Shown: piece by piece, positions 1 through 11,710 of the stretch
Layout: the number at the start of each line of letters is the position of its first letter
Numbering within the stretch: the first letter of the stretch is position 1
Origin: Pristiophorus japonicus
Taxonomy: Eukaryota
Direction: 5' to 3'
Assembly: GCF_044704955.1 (NCBI RefSeq)
Contig: NC_091993.1
Location: 620,001 to 684,000, forward strand
Length of the DNA stretch: 64,000 nt
The notes under the pieces: generated by a model
The model's database searches: none
Told to the model about the DNA's origin: nothing
The model's input: only the letters and a program-made list of their open reading frames with translations
Translations under genes and position numbers: made by a program

Positions 1-900
1 GAATCTCAGAGAGTTGATGGTCTGCATTTGGTGGCATGACATTTGGCTGAGCCATGGAAGATATTGTCCCTCCAAGCAACAGGAATTCTTGAAGAGTTAC
101 TTTAACTGCACAGTAAAAGTGAGCAGCATTGCTACAGTTCCCCACCACTGAATATGTAGACGGAGCTCATTTTCTTTTTGTGTATCTTCTGTGCAACCGT
201 ATAATTAATTCCTGTGGAATTGCAGGAGAGGCTGGCGTTTCAGCACCTGAGTAACGAGCTGAGACCTTGTTTGATCAGGGCCTTGCTTTGGTTGACTGTG
301 TTGCTGGGGCCTGTGCTGGATGGAGAGACCTGGGGGATTGGGTAAGCCGTCTCCATCAACAGGGGCGGGGTGATTCGCGGCAGGTGTGCTTGACTCAGCC
401 AAGGCGGCAGGTCTGTTCTTGATTTTGCCATGCATTTAATCCGGGCTTTACATGGTTTATGGGGGCGGTGGGGGGGCTTCTTTCTTCAAACGAGAGTAAG
501 GGAGCTCCTGTTTGTTAATCTGCTTTTTGCTGCTGGATGGAATGTGAATCATGCAGGTGTTGGTGGTAAAAACACCGATAATTGCCCCGGCATGACAGTG
601 AAGCTAAGACCGAGCTGAACAGTGTTGAAAGCCGAGGTTTTCTGTGGTAATTTCAGATGCCATTTTGGCTGCAAATTCAGAAAATGTAAGATTAGTTTTT
701 GCTTGATTTTTTTTTGAAGTTTCAGATGTATGTCCTCAGTCTAAATCTTTTCAATAAAATTAGGGGTTAAAGATCAGAAGAATGAAAGGGAGGTTGATTG
801 TGAAGCGTGGAATAATTCTTTCAATAAGCAGTTGTCAGCTAGATATGACTATTGTGGTAATTAGTGGACAAAAGTTTAATCCATTCGTATGACAACCTTT

Positions 901-1026
901 AACATAGAATTATGTGGATTTTACGGCTCAAACAGACCATTCGGCCCAGCTGGTCTGTGCTGGCCCTCATTCTCCAAACCAGCCTCCTCCCACTTTACTT
1001 CATCTCACCCTATCAGCATATCCTTC
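901..1026 (-). mobile_element. CR1 LINE 3' end fragment (old)
   Basis: catagaat...gaccattcggccc is the reverse complement of the CR1 3' UTR/tail; it appears to resume after the RTE insert at about 1238. Confidence 0.6.
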
Positions 1027-1230
1027 ACAGAGAAACAGTACAACCAGCGGAAGCACAAACAGCGGAAGGAGCGTACGACAAACCAAGCGCCTCACCCACC
1101 CGACCCTCCAACCACCGTCTGCCCCACCTGTGACCGAGACTGTGGGTCCCACATTGGTCTCATCAGTCACTGTAGAACCCATGTTAGTGTGGAAGCAAGT
1201 AATCCTCGGCTCCGAGGGACTGCCTGAGAA
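1027..1230 (+). mobile_element. RTE-clade LINE 3' end with C-terminal C2H2 zinc finger
   Basis: RKERT...CPTCDRDCGSHIGLISHCRTH followed by the tail gtggaagcaagt.atcctc...gagggactgcct; homologous to 18220, 42690 and 55815. Confidence 0.8.
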
Positions 1231-1332
1231 TACGAAGATATCCTCCTGTTCCTTTCTCCCTTATGTATTTATCTAGCTTCTCCTTGAAATACATCTTTCT
1301 CTCCACTGCTTTGAAATATTCAGCAGTCTGTG

Positions 1333-1757
1333 GGGCCTCTACTCATTGGAATTCAGAAGAATGAGAGGTGATCTTATTGAAACGTATAAGATTATGAGGG
1401 GGCTCGACAAGGTGGATGCAGAGAGGATGTTTCCACTGATGGGGGAGACTAGAACTAGAGGGCATGATCTTAGAATAAGGGGCTGCCCATTTAAAACAGA
1501 TGAGGAGAAATTTATTCTCTGAGGATTGTAAATCTGTGGAATTCACTGCCTCAGAGAGCTGTGGAAGCTGGGACATTAAATAAATTTAAGACAGAGATAC
1601 TCAGTTTCTTAACCGATGAGGGGATAAGGGGTTATGGGGAGTGGGCAGGGAAGTGGAGCTGAGTCCATGATCGGATCAGCCATGATCGTATTAAATGGCG
1701 GAGCAGGCTCGAGGGGCCATATGGCCTACTCTTGCTCCTATTTCTTACGTTCTTATT
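1333..1757 (+). mobile_element. CR1 LINE 5'-truncated 3' end
   Basis: Encodes LYSLEFRRMRGDLIETYKI...WNSLP; CR1 3' UTR and ttcttat tail. Confidence 0.9.
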
Positions 1758-2198
1758 TTAAAATGGATTATGACCAACACTCTGGAGATCCCGTGCTGCT
1801 GGCTCACTGGCTTTTAAGAGGAATGTATTAAATGGGTCGTGCAGCCCATTAAAGGGGCTGCGTGGTCCCAGAAAAACATTTGAAGGAACATTGGTTCCAA
1901 CTGCCGCTTGGATAACAGGCACAAGTGTATGCAAGTGTAATTACCGGCTCATTTCTTGCAGAATCGGTGAAGTGCATCGAATTGAGAGCACAAGTGCACA
2001 TCCAGCTCATTAATGGTCCCACCAACTGCTGAAGCAGTTGTATATTTGTATGCTTGATTTTCTGCAATGATTGGACAAACAATCTCTTAACCGTACATGT
2101 CATTCCTGATCAAAATTCGAGGTGAATGGCCATGCACAGGAACCTGCCGAGTCGCGTTCTTGTGCAGCTGCTCACAGTTGCCATGTGCTAACCGCATT

Positions 2199-2771
2199 GG
2201 TGTTCTCACGCAGGTCGAGGCCATAAAAGGAGTGGTGGTGTGCAGCCTGGGAGCAGCGTGGAGGCCCCTACCTGCGAGAGAACACCAGCGGCAGGGGGCC
2301 ATAAGAGTAGCAGCGTGGGGGCCACTCCAGGGAGCAGTGCAAGCTGGGGCAGCAGGGCGACGGCAGCGAAGAGTGACGTCATCAAGGTCCAGGTCGGTGA
2401 TTGGAGCGTGGGGAGGTACAGCGAGAGACTGGGGGAATGTGATCGGGGCCCAGGGGAGGCGTGAGTCCGGGGCCAGGGGTCCAGGGGCAGCACGGGCCAG
2501 CCCAATGTGTGCGCACTTGGTCCAGTCGTCTTGGATAACCCTTGCCACTGGACCAAGACCTCGCTCTGTCAAGCCCGTGTGGTGGCTGGTGTGCAACGGT
2601 CACCCCACGTTAACAAAATCCACGCACAGGCATCTTCCACCCTTCAGGATGTAGTTCGGGATCTGGAATATTAGGTCCTTCATTGAAACACCTGTGAACA
2701 CGTCTTTTTTTGCCGTGGAAGCAAGTCATCCTCGCTTCGAGGGACTGCCTATGATGATGATGATGATGATG
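2199..2771 (+). mobile_element. Non-autonomous RTE-tailed retroelement, one of the two longest copies
   Basis: RTE 3' terminus plus (ATG)n tail; TSD aaccgca (2190-2196 / 2772-2778); five other copies in the window. Confidence 0.8.
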
Positions 2772-4278
2772 AACCGCACTAAACGTTCCGAGGATCAAGT
2801 TATTTTATCCACTCTCCCCGAGGAATCGCCCATTCAGGATGCTACGTGGCTATGAGGGCCAGCATCGCAGTCGGCACATCTCAGTCAGCGGTTCGTCCTG
2901 TGAGCCGATTGTGCAGCGACAGACTTACTGTCAGCCTGTGTGACAGCCCTTTTCTTGTTTCAAAGGCTGTGTCACTGTGTTGCATCTTTTCACTAATTAT
3001 CCATCAAGATCAGGATGTCTCAGGAGACTCGTGCACTAACTTGGCAAACTAGCTGACAGCATTTGTTGACGCAAAATGGCTGATTATCATTACACAAATC
3101 GTGGGAGCTAGTCATTAAATTCCTCACATCTGACCGATATCGGGGTGGAGATTTTAACCCCCACACCAGGCGGAAACATCAATGGGCCTACATCCCATCT
3201 CTGGGCACTTCATTGCTGACATTACATGTTTCGGAAAGGACACGAAACCTGCTCTTACTGTGGGCCGCTCCATCTCCTCACCTTCAATGTGAGGTTTCAC
3301 CATGAACACCATGACTTACTTCCCCAGTGATTCAGGTGCTGGCTTCCTTAAGTGATCACTATGACAACCTGCCTCCGTACTCTTCCTAGGTGTACGACTT
3401 CACCATGGATGATAGTATCAGCCCCTACTCTCGCGCCAAGGGGACAGTGAAAGGCTGCCAAACAGAACTAGGCTGAGTGGGTTTGGGAAATGATGGAATA
3501 AACTAGCTTAACTGCTGGGCTGACTGCAGTGCTAATAGCTGTTTTTGCAGATCTTGCATTCTGCAAGAACAATGTAGTATTAAGTGTCTTTGTACAAGCT
3601 ATGATGTGCACTAGCAAACGTTGAATATTCACTAAGCTGGTGGCTGGGACAAGTTAAAATGGAGCAGAGAACTTACCCACTGGAATCGTGTTCTAATCTG
3701 GCCGACTGCAATTCTAAATTGTTGGTGGCAAGGACCCCCGGCCTGGAGCTGGGGGGTCCTTCTGTGAATATGAAGACCGGGCTTCAGCACCATCATTGGG
3801 GCCTGACTGCAATATAAACCCGAGGGCTGAGCGGGCAGGAAAGCGAGTCTTTTTATTGTGGGCCAGGAGAAGCAGGAGTTCTCCGTTTCCCATGGGGAAG
3901 ACTTGGGTCACCCGTGACCACAACCCCTGGTGGAGACCCTTCCCGATCGCTTGCCTTAGTGCAGGGGGTTCGGTCTCTCTGTTCTCTGACAGAAACCTCC
4001 TGCCTCCACAGTGAATGTGCACTTTTAGCCAGTGCAGTACGGGCAGCTTGCATCTGTTGTATATTTTATTGAAATAGCCTCAAGCGTCCTTTTTATAATT
4101 AAGTCCATCTTCGAGTGTCGAGTTTGCTAACTTCGATCATGTGCTACTGAACCCAAACCTCACCCAGGGACACGTTCATCCTTCGGCATATGCGTGCAAA
4201 GTACATCAGGCCGGGATGAAGTAATTGTTCAGAGGGTGGTCAGGAGCACATGTGGTGATGCTTAGTTCTTAACCTTGT

Positions 4279-4735
4279 GTAAGCTGTGGCTCAGTGGGTA
4301 ACACATTTGCCTCTGAGTCAGAAGGTTGTGGGTTCAAGTTTCACTCTAGAGACCCGAGCACAAAAATCTAGGCTGACACTTCAGTGCAGTGCTGCACTGT
4401 CGGAGGTAACGTCTTTTGGATGAGAGGTTAAACTGAGGCCTTGTCTGCCTTTTCCAGGTGGATGTAAAAGATCTCACGGCCATTATTTCAAGAAGAGTAG
4501 GGGGAATTCTCCCTGGTGTCTTGGCCAATATTTATCCCTCAATCAACATAACAAAAAAACAGATGATCTGGTCATTATCACATTGCTGTTTGTGGGAGCT
4601 TGCTGTGCGCAAATTGGCTGCTGTGTTTCCCACATTACAACAGTGACTACACTCCAAAAGTACTTCATTGGCTGTAAAGCACTTTGAGGCGTCCGGTGGT
4701 CGTGAAAGGCGCTATATAAATCCAAGTCTTTCTTT
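4279..4735 (+). mobile_element. DeuSINE (SacSINE1/AmnSINE1-like): tRNA-derived head, Deu domain, L2-like tail
   Basis: A box tggctcagtggg, B box ggttcaagt; Deu core ggtgtcttggccaatatttatccctcaa; tail ggcgctatataaat. Confidence 0.85.
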
Positions 4736-4990
4736 GCTCAATGTGAAATGCCATCTCACTATCCCCACCCCCGTTAGTTTAATGCTGTTTCAGTCATATA
4801 TTCAGTACTTAATGGAATGCTAAACTGTCCAAATGTATGATTTGTGAGGTTGGGACTGAGATGTGACCAAGTGTTGTCATGGAAGTTGCATCATGTTCAA
4901 GCAGCATGAAAAACGATCCTATTTCTGTGGTCATGTAGAATGAATTAAATTACAAAAGCCTTGGGGAATTGTAATATTTTTTTACATTTG

Positions 4991-5305
4991 AAAGAAATAA
5001 CTTGTATCTATACGGCACTTTGCATGACTGCGGGACGTCTCAAAGCGCTTTGCAGCCTTGAAGTACTTCTGAAGTGTAGTCACTGTTGTAATGTGGGAAA
5101 TGCGGCAGCCAATTTGCACACAGCAAGCTCCCACAAACAGCAATGTGATAATGACCGGATAATCTGTTATAACAATGTCAGTTGAGGGATAAATATTGGC
5201 CAGAACACCAGGGAGAACCCCCCCTGCTCTTCGAAATAGTGCCGTGGGATCTTTTACGTCCACCTGAGAGAGCAGATGGGGCAATCGTTTAGTGCTGCAC
5301 TGGAG
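4991..5305 (-). mobile_element. DeuSINE, partial
   Basis: Reverse complement of the Deu core and tail. Confidence 0.8.
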
Positions 5306-5653
5306 TGGTAAGTTTAAACAATACAAATGCCAAAAATAAATGACACGACAAAAATGTATATCCACTTTATATTTTGTAATTATTTTGTTCTGTTACGTGG
5401 TTGTTAGTGACTGCTGAGTGTGGTCATTTATTTCAACGGGATAAAAATTATGTCTGACCGTTACTCCAAAAAATGTTCTCCATGAGCCGCCATTTCTCAA
5501 AGTACTACACACCTATGTAATAATTACACGGGATCATTGTCCGAGTGTTAGCTGGTTATAAGGGATAGCCTTCTACATTGCATTACTCAAGCACGTTTGG
5601 GAGTATGGGAGTGGTATCTGTTGTCATGCTCATGGGTTAATTCGCCCCACCAT

Positions 5654-5810
5654 CAATGTTCCCGTTAGGCTGGAGGTCCCGCGCAGGCAACTTGCCGGCT
5701 TTCCAATCGATAAACCCCACAAGCGCAGAGATTGGAATGGTCCGCGCAGCCCCTTAAAGGGTCCGCGCAGCCCCTTAAAGGGGCCACGCACCCAAAAACA
5801 GAGAACATTG
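5654..5810. mobile_element. hAT-like MITE
   Basis: TIR caatgttccc / gagaacattg; internal tandem duplication of ggtccgcgcagccccttaaag; TSD degenerate. Confidence 0.6.
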
Positions 5811-5857
5811 CCAGCCACAGCATGTAATCTCCTGGGAGATGTAAAAAAGTAAGAAAC

Positions 5858-6661
5858 TGTAATATATCCACCTGTGAGTATGCTCACAGGATTGTTCAGC
5901 TGTTGCCGCCTGTATTTTTTGTGGACTGGAGGAGTCTGTGTTCCGTGTGTTTTTTCAGTGTGTGCGGTTGCAGCCCCTATTCCATTATTTGAAGGGGCTG
6001 CTCCTCAAATTCTGGTTGCACTTCAGTCCCACACTCCTGATCTTTGGGCACCCTGTGCGGGGGGGAGCGGGCAGGTCGGAAGGCCTCCTCGTAGGACTGC
6101 TCCTGGGCCTGACCAAAGGGGCCATCAGCCGGTCCAGGCAGCGGGTGGTCGAGGGGGTCGTACAGCCCAACTGCCTGCCTCTCTTCCGCGGTTACATCCG
6201 AGCCAGGGTGTCCCTGGAGATGGAGCACACGGTGTCCACCGGTACGCTCGCGGCCTTCTGAGAGAGGTGGGCGCGGAAGGGACTGGAGTCATCATTTCAA
6301 TAGGGAAGAACATTTTAATTAAATTTGATTTGTCAAGGTTCCCTTTAATGTTAGTTAATTTGTGGGGGTTTTTTGTGCCCTTACAAGAGGCGGCACTTGA
6401 ATTAACGTTCTATCAAAATAGTTGTAGAGCTGTTGCCTTGTGAGTGGCTTAGCCAGTCATGTGATGTTCACAAGACTCAATAAAACCCCAGCCAGTTGGG
6501 TCTAGGTCATCCATGATGAGGTATGCAGTTGTGAGCCTAGTGGATGAACTGGTAATGTGTAGTGTGATTGTTAAACCTTTGTTAATAAACCAACTAGTTC
6601 TTAATAGCAATGTGTTGCTATGAATTCTTAAGCAAAGGACCCATGAAGCAAATACATTACA
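5858..6661 (+). mobile_element. Solo-LTR-like element (TGTAAT...ATTACA), copy A, carrying a Tx1 insertion
   Basis: 6-bp terminal inverted repeats, two AATAAA; homologous to 33441, 48859 and 50256. Confidence 0.75.
5908..6422 (+). mobile_element. Tx1-clade LINE 3' end (ORF2 C-terminus plus 3' UTR)
   Basis: CIFCGLEESVF..F.QCVRLQPLFHYLKGLLLKFWLHFSPTLLIFGHPV resembles the Xenopus Tx1 ORF2 C-terminus; 15-bp TSD, 13/15 identical (5893-5907 / 6423-6437). Confidence 0.85.
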
Positions 6662-7035
6662 AAATCCAGGACCAATAAGGGAAATAAAACTCTGGAAAAT
6701 TCCTCTCCGATCCCCTCAGGCGATTAAAACTAGTCCAGGAGATCACGGCGTGCATGCGCCATCTATAAAACCATTTACCTTCTGTAAGATGCAATCTCTG
6801 TCCTTGAAAGTATTAATTTCAGATTTAGACATTTTAATGTGTCTAGCGTGTGGAGTGAGTAATGTTCATGTCATTTTTTTATTACTCCATATCTGCTTTG
6901 TCTCTGGAATGTGATCGACGCTTTGTTCAAGAAATAAGGAAGTGTATTTAATAGAGGCCCTAAATCCTGACAGAAAGCTGCTTTGTCCCTAAGCAGAACC
7001 AAGGATTGTTGTCTAGGTACTGAGTGAATACTAAA

Positions 7036-7690
7036 GAGGTCGAAGCTCCGTTTGTATCGCCACCTGTTAGCGCCTGGGGGAGGGGCGGCTAACGAGCAGC
7101 TGAGCACTTACTGTCGGCGGGGAGCGGGTTCCTCGGCTCACGAGAAATTTAGTTGGGCGGTGGGGGCGGCATCTAGAGACGCGGCTGCATGCTCTACCGC
7201 CACCCGTGTGGTGAGGTCATCGAGCGTGCAACGCCCCCTTCGCCACGGTTACGAATTAGGTGAGTACGGTGGCCTTACCGGCAAGCATCCGTACCGCCTG
7301 AGAAAGTTGGCGGTACATCGGGGATCCCGGGCTGTACCGTCCCGAAATCAAGGTAAGTTGCTAAACTTCAATGTATGTATTGATGGCCCTAGTGGGGAAG
7401 GCTGGGAGTGGGCCAGAAGGTTTTGGTAACTTCCCTGACCCACACCCACGCTTTTTTTCCCAGTTTTTTCAACTCGCGTGCCGGCAGCTGACCGCGGGGG
7501 AATTCGGTCGGCCTCCTGAGCTCCCGCCCCATGGGCCCCCGAGGGATGAGTGTGCAACATCACTTTTAGTGCTGCTCGCTCATCTTTTGGGCGGTAAAAC
7601 TGAATTTGGCAGTTTGAGGTGGTGATTACCGCCTGGCGGTAAAATCACCATTCAGGCAGTGTCCAAAACGGCTGGACCGAATTTCACTCC
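7036..7690. mobile_element. GC-rich Harbinger-type MITE (degenerate termini)
   Basis: CpG-rich block with repeated accgcc/ggcggt motifs; ends gaatttcactcc|taa; related to 36350-36897. Confidence 0.5.
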
Positions 7691-8431
7691 TAAATATTTT
7701 ATACACTCGTCTTCTCAAACGGTACGTAGAGTCCAAAATGGAGAAATCCTTTATCTTGACGCGCTGCTCACTTTCCATTGAAACAAGCCTTGTCCACAGG
7801 CTGTAGAGCGCTTGAACCCAGCACCATAGTTGTCTTACAACTTGGGATAACTGACAACTTTCCGACAAGCAAGACAATAACATTTTAGCTTCACAACAGG
7901 GAGCTATGTGGAGTAGGTAATTAAATGGTTTGATTGTTAAAGCATGTACCTCAGTTAATCCACCCAAGGTCTCAGTGTTAAGCTGTACAGTCAGTCAGGT
8001 CTCCACATGTAAGGGCTCGATCAGGATGCATCATGTTTGGCTTTATAACAGCTCCCTCCCTTTAGCCTCGTACCTGAGAATTCAATTCAATCAAAAGACG
8101 GTGAAAGAGCATTGGGGCGTCATCATTCAACTTAATTGGCAAAATGGATTTAGTGAAGTGACACACACTTTTAATTGAATAATTGACCCGAGGGCTGGAA
8201 GGAAGGAAATGCTGCTGTAAGCTGGATGGAGATAACTGGAAGGTGCATCGGAAAAGATGTGTTAGTGCAGCTCCAAACCAGCTGGCAAAACCGCTGAGGT
8301 AGTCTTGGGGATCACAAAGAAAGCAGATGACTTTTTTTTGAAGTGCTTGGCAATCTTGGAGAGCAATGTCTTCAAGAGCAGAAATGTCAATGTCCTTTGA
8401 CCCTTTGAAGGATAAAGTTGAAAGAGATCAG

Positions 8432-9020
8432 GGGCTGGTTTTTTGGCTTTTAGGATTTTGGGGCGTTAATGGTGTCAGTGCGATCCTGTACCGCCCGGGA
8501 ACAGTTTACGCCTCAGTCAGCAAAATTGGGCAGCTGGGCCCTGAGTGTGGGGCGGATTGCTGAGGGAGACGTTACACACCTCTCGTAAGGCACTGGGCCA
8601 GCTGAGTATGCGAAAATCCCGAGCTAAACAGCCGGCCTGGGAGTGCTGAAAGAGCTGCCTGGGGAGAAAAAAAACTGGGGAAAAGCACCAAAAACATTCT
8701 CAATACCTAACTCACGCCACCGTAACATAAATCGCAAAAAACCCCACAATTACACTTACCTGAGGCCAATTACTTACCTCAGTGCGGCCGCTACAGTTCA
8801 GACCACCCGCCTTCACAGGCGTTCCCAGCAGGAGGCGCTGCGGGGCACTACGGGTCGGGCGGGAGTCGCAACCAGGGGCATTGCACACCGGCTCGCCTCT
8901 TCCGGGCGGTATTGCCGAAACCGGGCCCCAAAAACACCGGCGGGGTGCTGGAAGCTGAAGAGCCCATTGCCGCCCCTCTAGGGTGAAAGCGGAGACGTAC
9001 AACAGCGGAATATCCAGCCC
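8432..9020. mobile_element. Harbinger-type MITE (gggctgg TIR family)
   Basis: gggctggttttttgg ... cggaatatccagccc; homologous to 25108-25682. Confidence 0.65.
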
Positions 9021-9021
9021 G

Positions 9022-9280
9022 TAGACTCCAGAGACAATCTCGGCTGACGCTGTCAGAGGTGCCACTTTCTGATGAGGTGTTAAACTGAGGCCCCCTCAGG
9101 CAGACGTAACAGATCTCCTGGAGAAAAGCAGGGCTGTTCTCCCCGGTGTCCTGGCCAATAGTTATGCCTCAACCAATTCCTAAAACAGATTATCCGGTCA
9201 TTATCTCATTGCTGCTTGTGGGATCTTGCTGTGCGCAAATTGGCTGCTGTGTTTCCTACATTACAACAGGGACTACACTT
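9022..9280 (+). mobile_element. DeuSINE, partial
   Basis: Deu core ggtgtcctggccaata...ttgctgtgcgcaaattggctgc. Confidence 0.75.
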
Positions 9281-9854
9281 AATTTCTAATTTAAAAAAAA
9301 ATTTGTGGCCTAATTGTGAATGGGAGAGCATTGGAAGCCTGTGAGACCCTCAAAGGCACCTCATAATATCAAAACCCACATGGGAATCCTGGAGTGATTT
9401 AGAAATTCAGAAAACTGCAAGTGTGTTAAAGCCCATGGTACTATGAACCACATCATTAACATATAATAGCCATTGGTGTTTTAATGGTGTACCTGGTTCC
9501 TTGCTGATTACATTGAGACCACCATTACCCACTACGGGGAATATCACCCATGTCTGTTACATGACAGGAAAGGGAGATTCAACAGTATTACTGTATTCTA
9601 ATAGAGAGTTCTTCCCATAAAGTTCTTTAGGAAATGAAAGGAACAAGAAATCTTCTTGGGGAATAATGCACTAGCCTTTGCAGAGAAATAGCACACGCTG
9701 TATACTGTATAATGTATAATGTACTTGAAGTATGGCTTAAAATTAATAGTTAAAATTGATTTAATGAGATTCATTGAACGCCAAGAAATATTGTTCTTTA
9801 ATTCAGTGTATACCAAACATATGATACACTAACTGAGACAATGGTGAATATAAA

Positions 9855-10325
9855 AACATAAGAAATAAGAGCAAGGGTAGGCCATTGAATACATTCAAGG
9901 ACTGAGCATCCACAGCTCTCTGGGGTAGAGAATCCCAAAGATTCACTGTGCTCAGAGAAGAAATTTTTTCGGATCTGAGTCCTAAATGGTCGCCCCCCCC
10001 CCCAGTTTTCTGAGACTGTAGAACCTGGTTCTAGACGCCCCAGCAATCTACCATGTGAAGTCTCTTACAAATTTTATATGTTTCAATGAGATCACCTCTT
10101 ATTCTTCTAAACTCTAGAGAATATAGGCCTAGTCTACTCGATCTCTCCTCATAGGGCAATCCCCTCATCCCAGGAACCAGTCAAGTGGACCTTTGTTGCA
10201 TTCCCTCTAAGGCAAGTACTCCAGGTGTGGTCTCACCAAGGCCCTGTATAATTGCAGGAAGACTTCCTTACTCTTATACGCCAGTCCTTTTATAATAAAG
10301 GGCAGCGTACCATTTGTTTGCTGTA
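9855..10325 (-). mobile_element. CR1 fragments
   Basis: LYRALVRPHLEY on the minus strand; cataagaaatag-type tail. Confidence 0.8.
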
Positions 10326-10453
10326 CTTTTAGCAATGACAGCAGTAAAATTGGAAGCTTCAAAGAGCAAAGTACAAAGCTTTGATTCTGCAATCTTTAAT
10401 GGCAGTCAACAAATTAGAAAGCAGGAAGAATGTAACTGTTGACCCTTATTAAT

Positions 10454-10972
10454 AACAACAACAAATTGCATTTGTATAGCGCCTTCAATGTAATAACACA
10501 TCCCGAGGCTTTTCATGGGAACGTCAGATAAAAAAAATGACACCATGCCAAAGAAGGAGACATTAGGACAGGTACCCAAAAGCTTTGTTAAAGAGAGAGG
10601 TTTTAAGGAGCATCTTCAAGGAGGAAAGCAAGGTGGAAAGGTTTAGGAAGGGAATTTCAGAGGATAGGGCCAACACAGCTGAAGGCACGGCGGCCAATGG
10701 AGAAGCGATGGAAGTCAGGGGTGCACCAGAGGCCAGAATTGGAGGTACACAGAGTTCTCAGAGGGTTGCAGGGCTGGAGGAGTTTCAGGGATAGGGATAG
10801 GCAATGCCATGGAGAGATTCGAACACGAGAATGCTAAATCTGAGCCGTTGATGGACTGGGACCAACGTAGGTCAGCGAGCACAAGGGTGATGAGCGAGCC
10901 GGATTTGTTGTGAGTTAGGATGCGGCCAGAGAGTTTTGGATGAGCTGAAGTTTGTGGAGGATGAGCGGCCAG
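10454..10972 (-). mobile_element. L2 LINE 3' region
   Basis: caacaacaaattgcatttgtatagcgcc tail; reverse complement of the L2 pieces at about 35000 and 47750. Confidence 0.7.
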
Positions 10973-11536
10973 GAAAATATTATTAAATTCTGGATGTACT
11001 TTGCTTCAGTCAGATAATTTGGTGTAAAATTGCTCAATGACGATGTTGCCGACAGTGATATATTCTTACGACATCACTAAGAAACACACTACACAAGATG
11101 GCTCCAATACAGAAAAATATGTCATCATGTGACCTTGCCACATGACCCTTTTATTATTTACACCAGTAGTTGCATTACCACAGTAGTCCACTAGGTGAAG
11201 CTCTATTACGCCGACGGACATGAACCTTTCTCCGTTGTGCATCCGCAGTAAATGGAAGGCTGCTCGAATCGAGGTGATTTGTTTTTCCCAGGTAACAGAA
11301 GTTTTCAAGTGGCTGCACAATTCACGTGATCAAGCCGCTATCTGAGAGGCAAGCGCCTGAACAGAAACATATTGTTCTGTGCTTTGTGATGGAGCTTTGT
11401 ACATTTGTTTTCAACAGGTCAATCTTTTGTTTACTCTATCCAAGCAGGAAAAAAATCCCAATTCGTGTTGTTGTTTTCAGAAATTCATGTGCAAAATTGA
11501 AGTATGATCACACCAGATTATTGTTCAGTGTAATAT

Positions 11537-11710
11537 GAGGGCTAATTTTACAAAATTAAGACTTTATAGTGGGAAATCGCAGGCAAGCTCCCCATGGTTT
11601 TCTGTCCATTAAAATGAACAGCCAGAAAATCACAGGCAGCCAGGCTATGATTTCCTGATGTGAGCCTTCAAAGAGTGCGGCTCCACACAGGGTTCGTGAA
11701 ATCAACCCTC
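11537..11710. mobile_element. Short palindromic MITE
   Basis: TIR gagggctaattttac / gtgaaatcaaccctc (12/15); internal dyad around ccattaaaatgaac. Confidence 0.55.

Noticed and set aside
2610-2798. Poly-His ORF
   Set aside because: Antisense reading of the (ATG)n tail
9069-9090. Hammerhead core CTGATGA
   Set aside because: A variant of the DeuSINE ggatgag motif; no matching GAAA and stems found
11060-11520. Possible conserved enhancer or exon in repeat-free sequence (also about 15500-16100 and 45240-46200)
   Set aside because: No recognisable protein or RNA motif; conservation cannot be judged from this sequence alone
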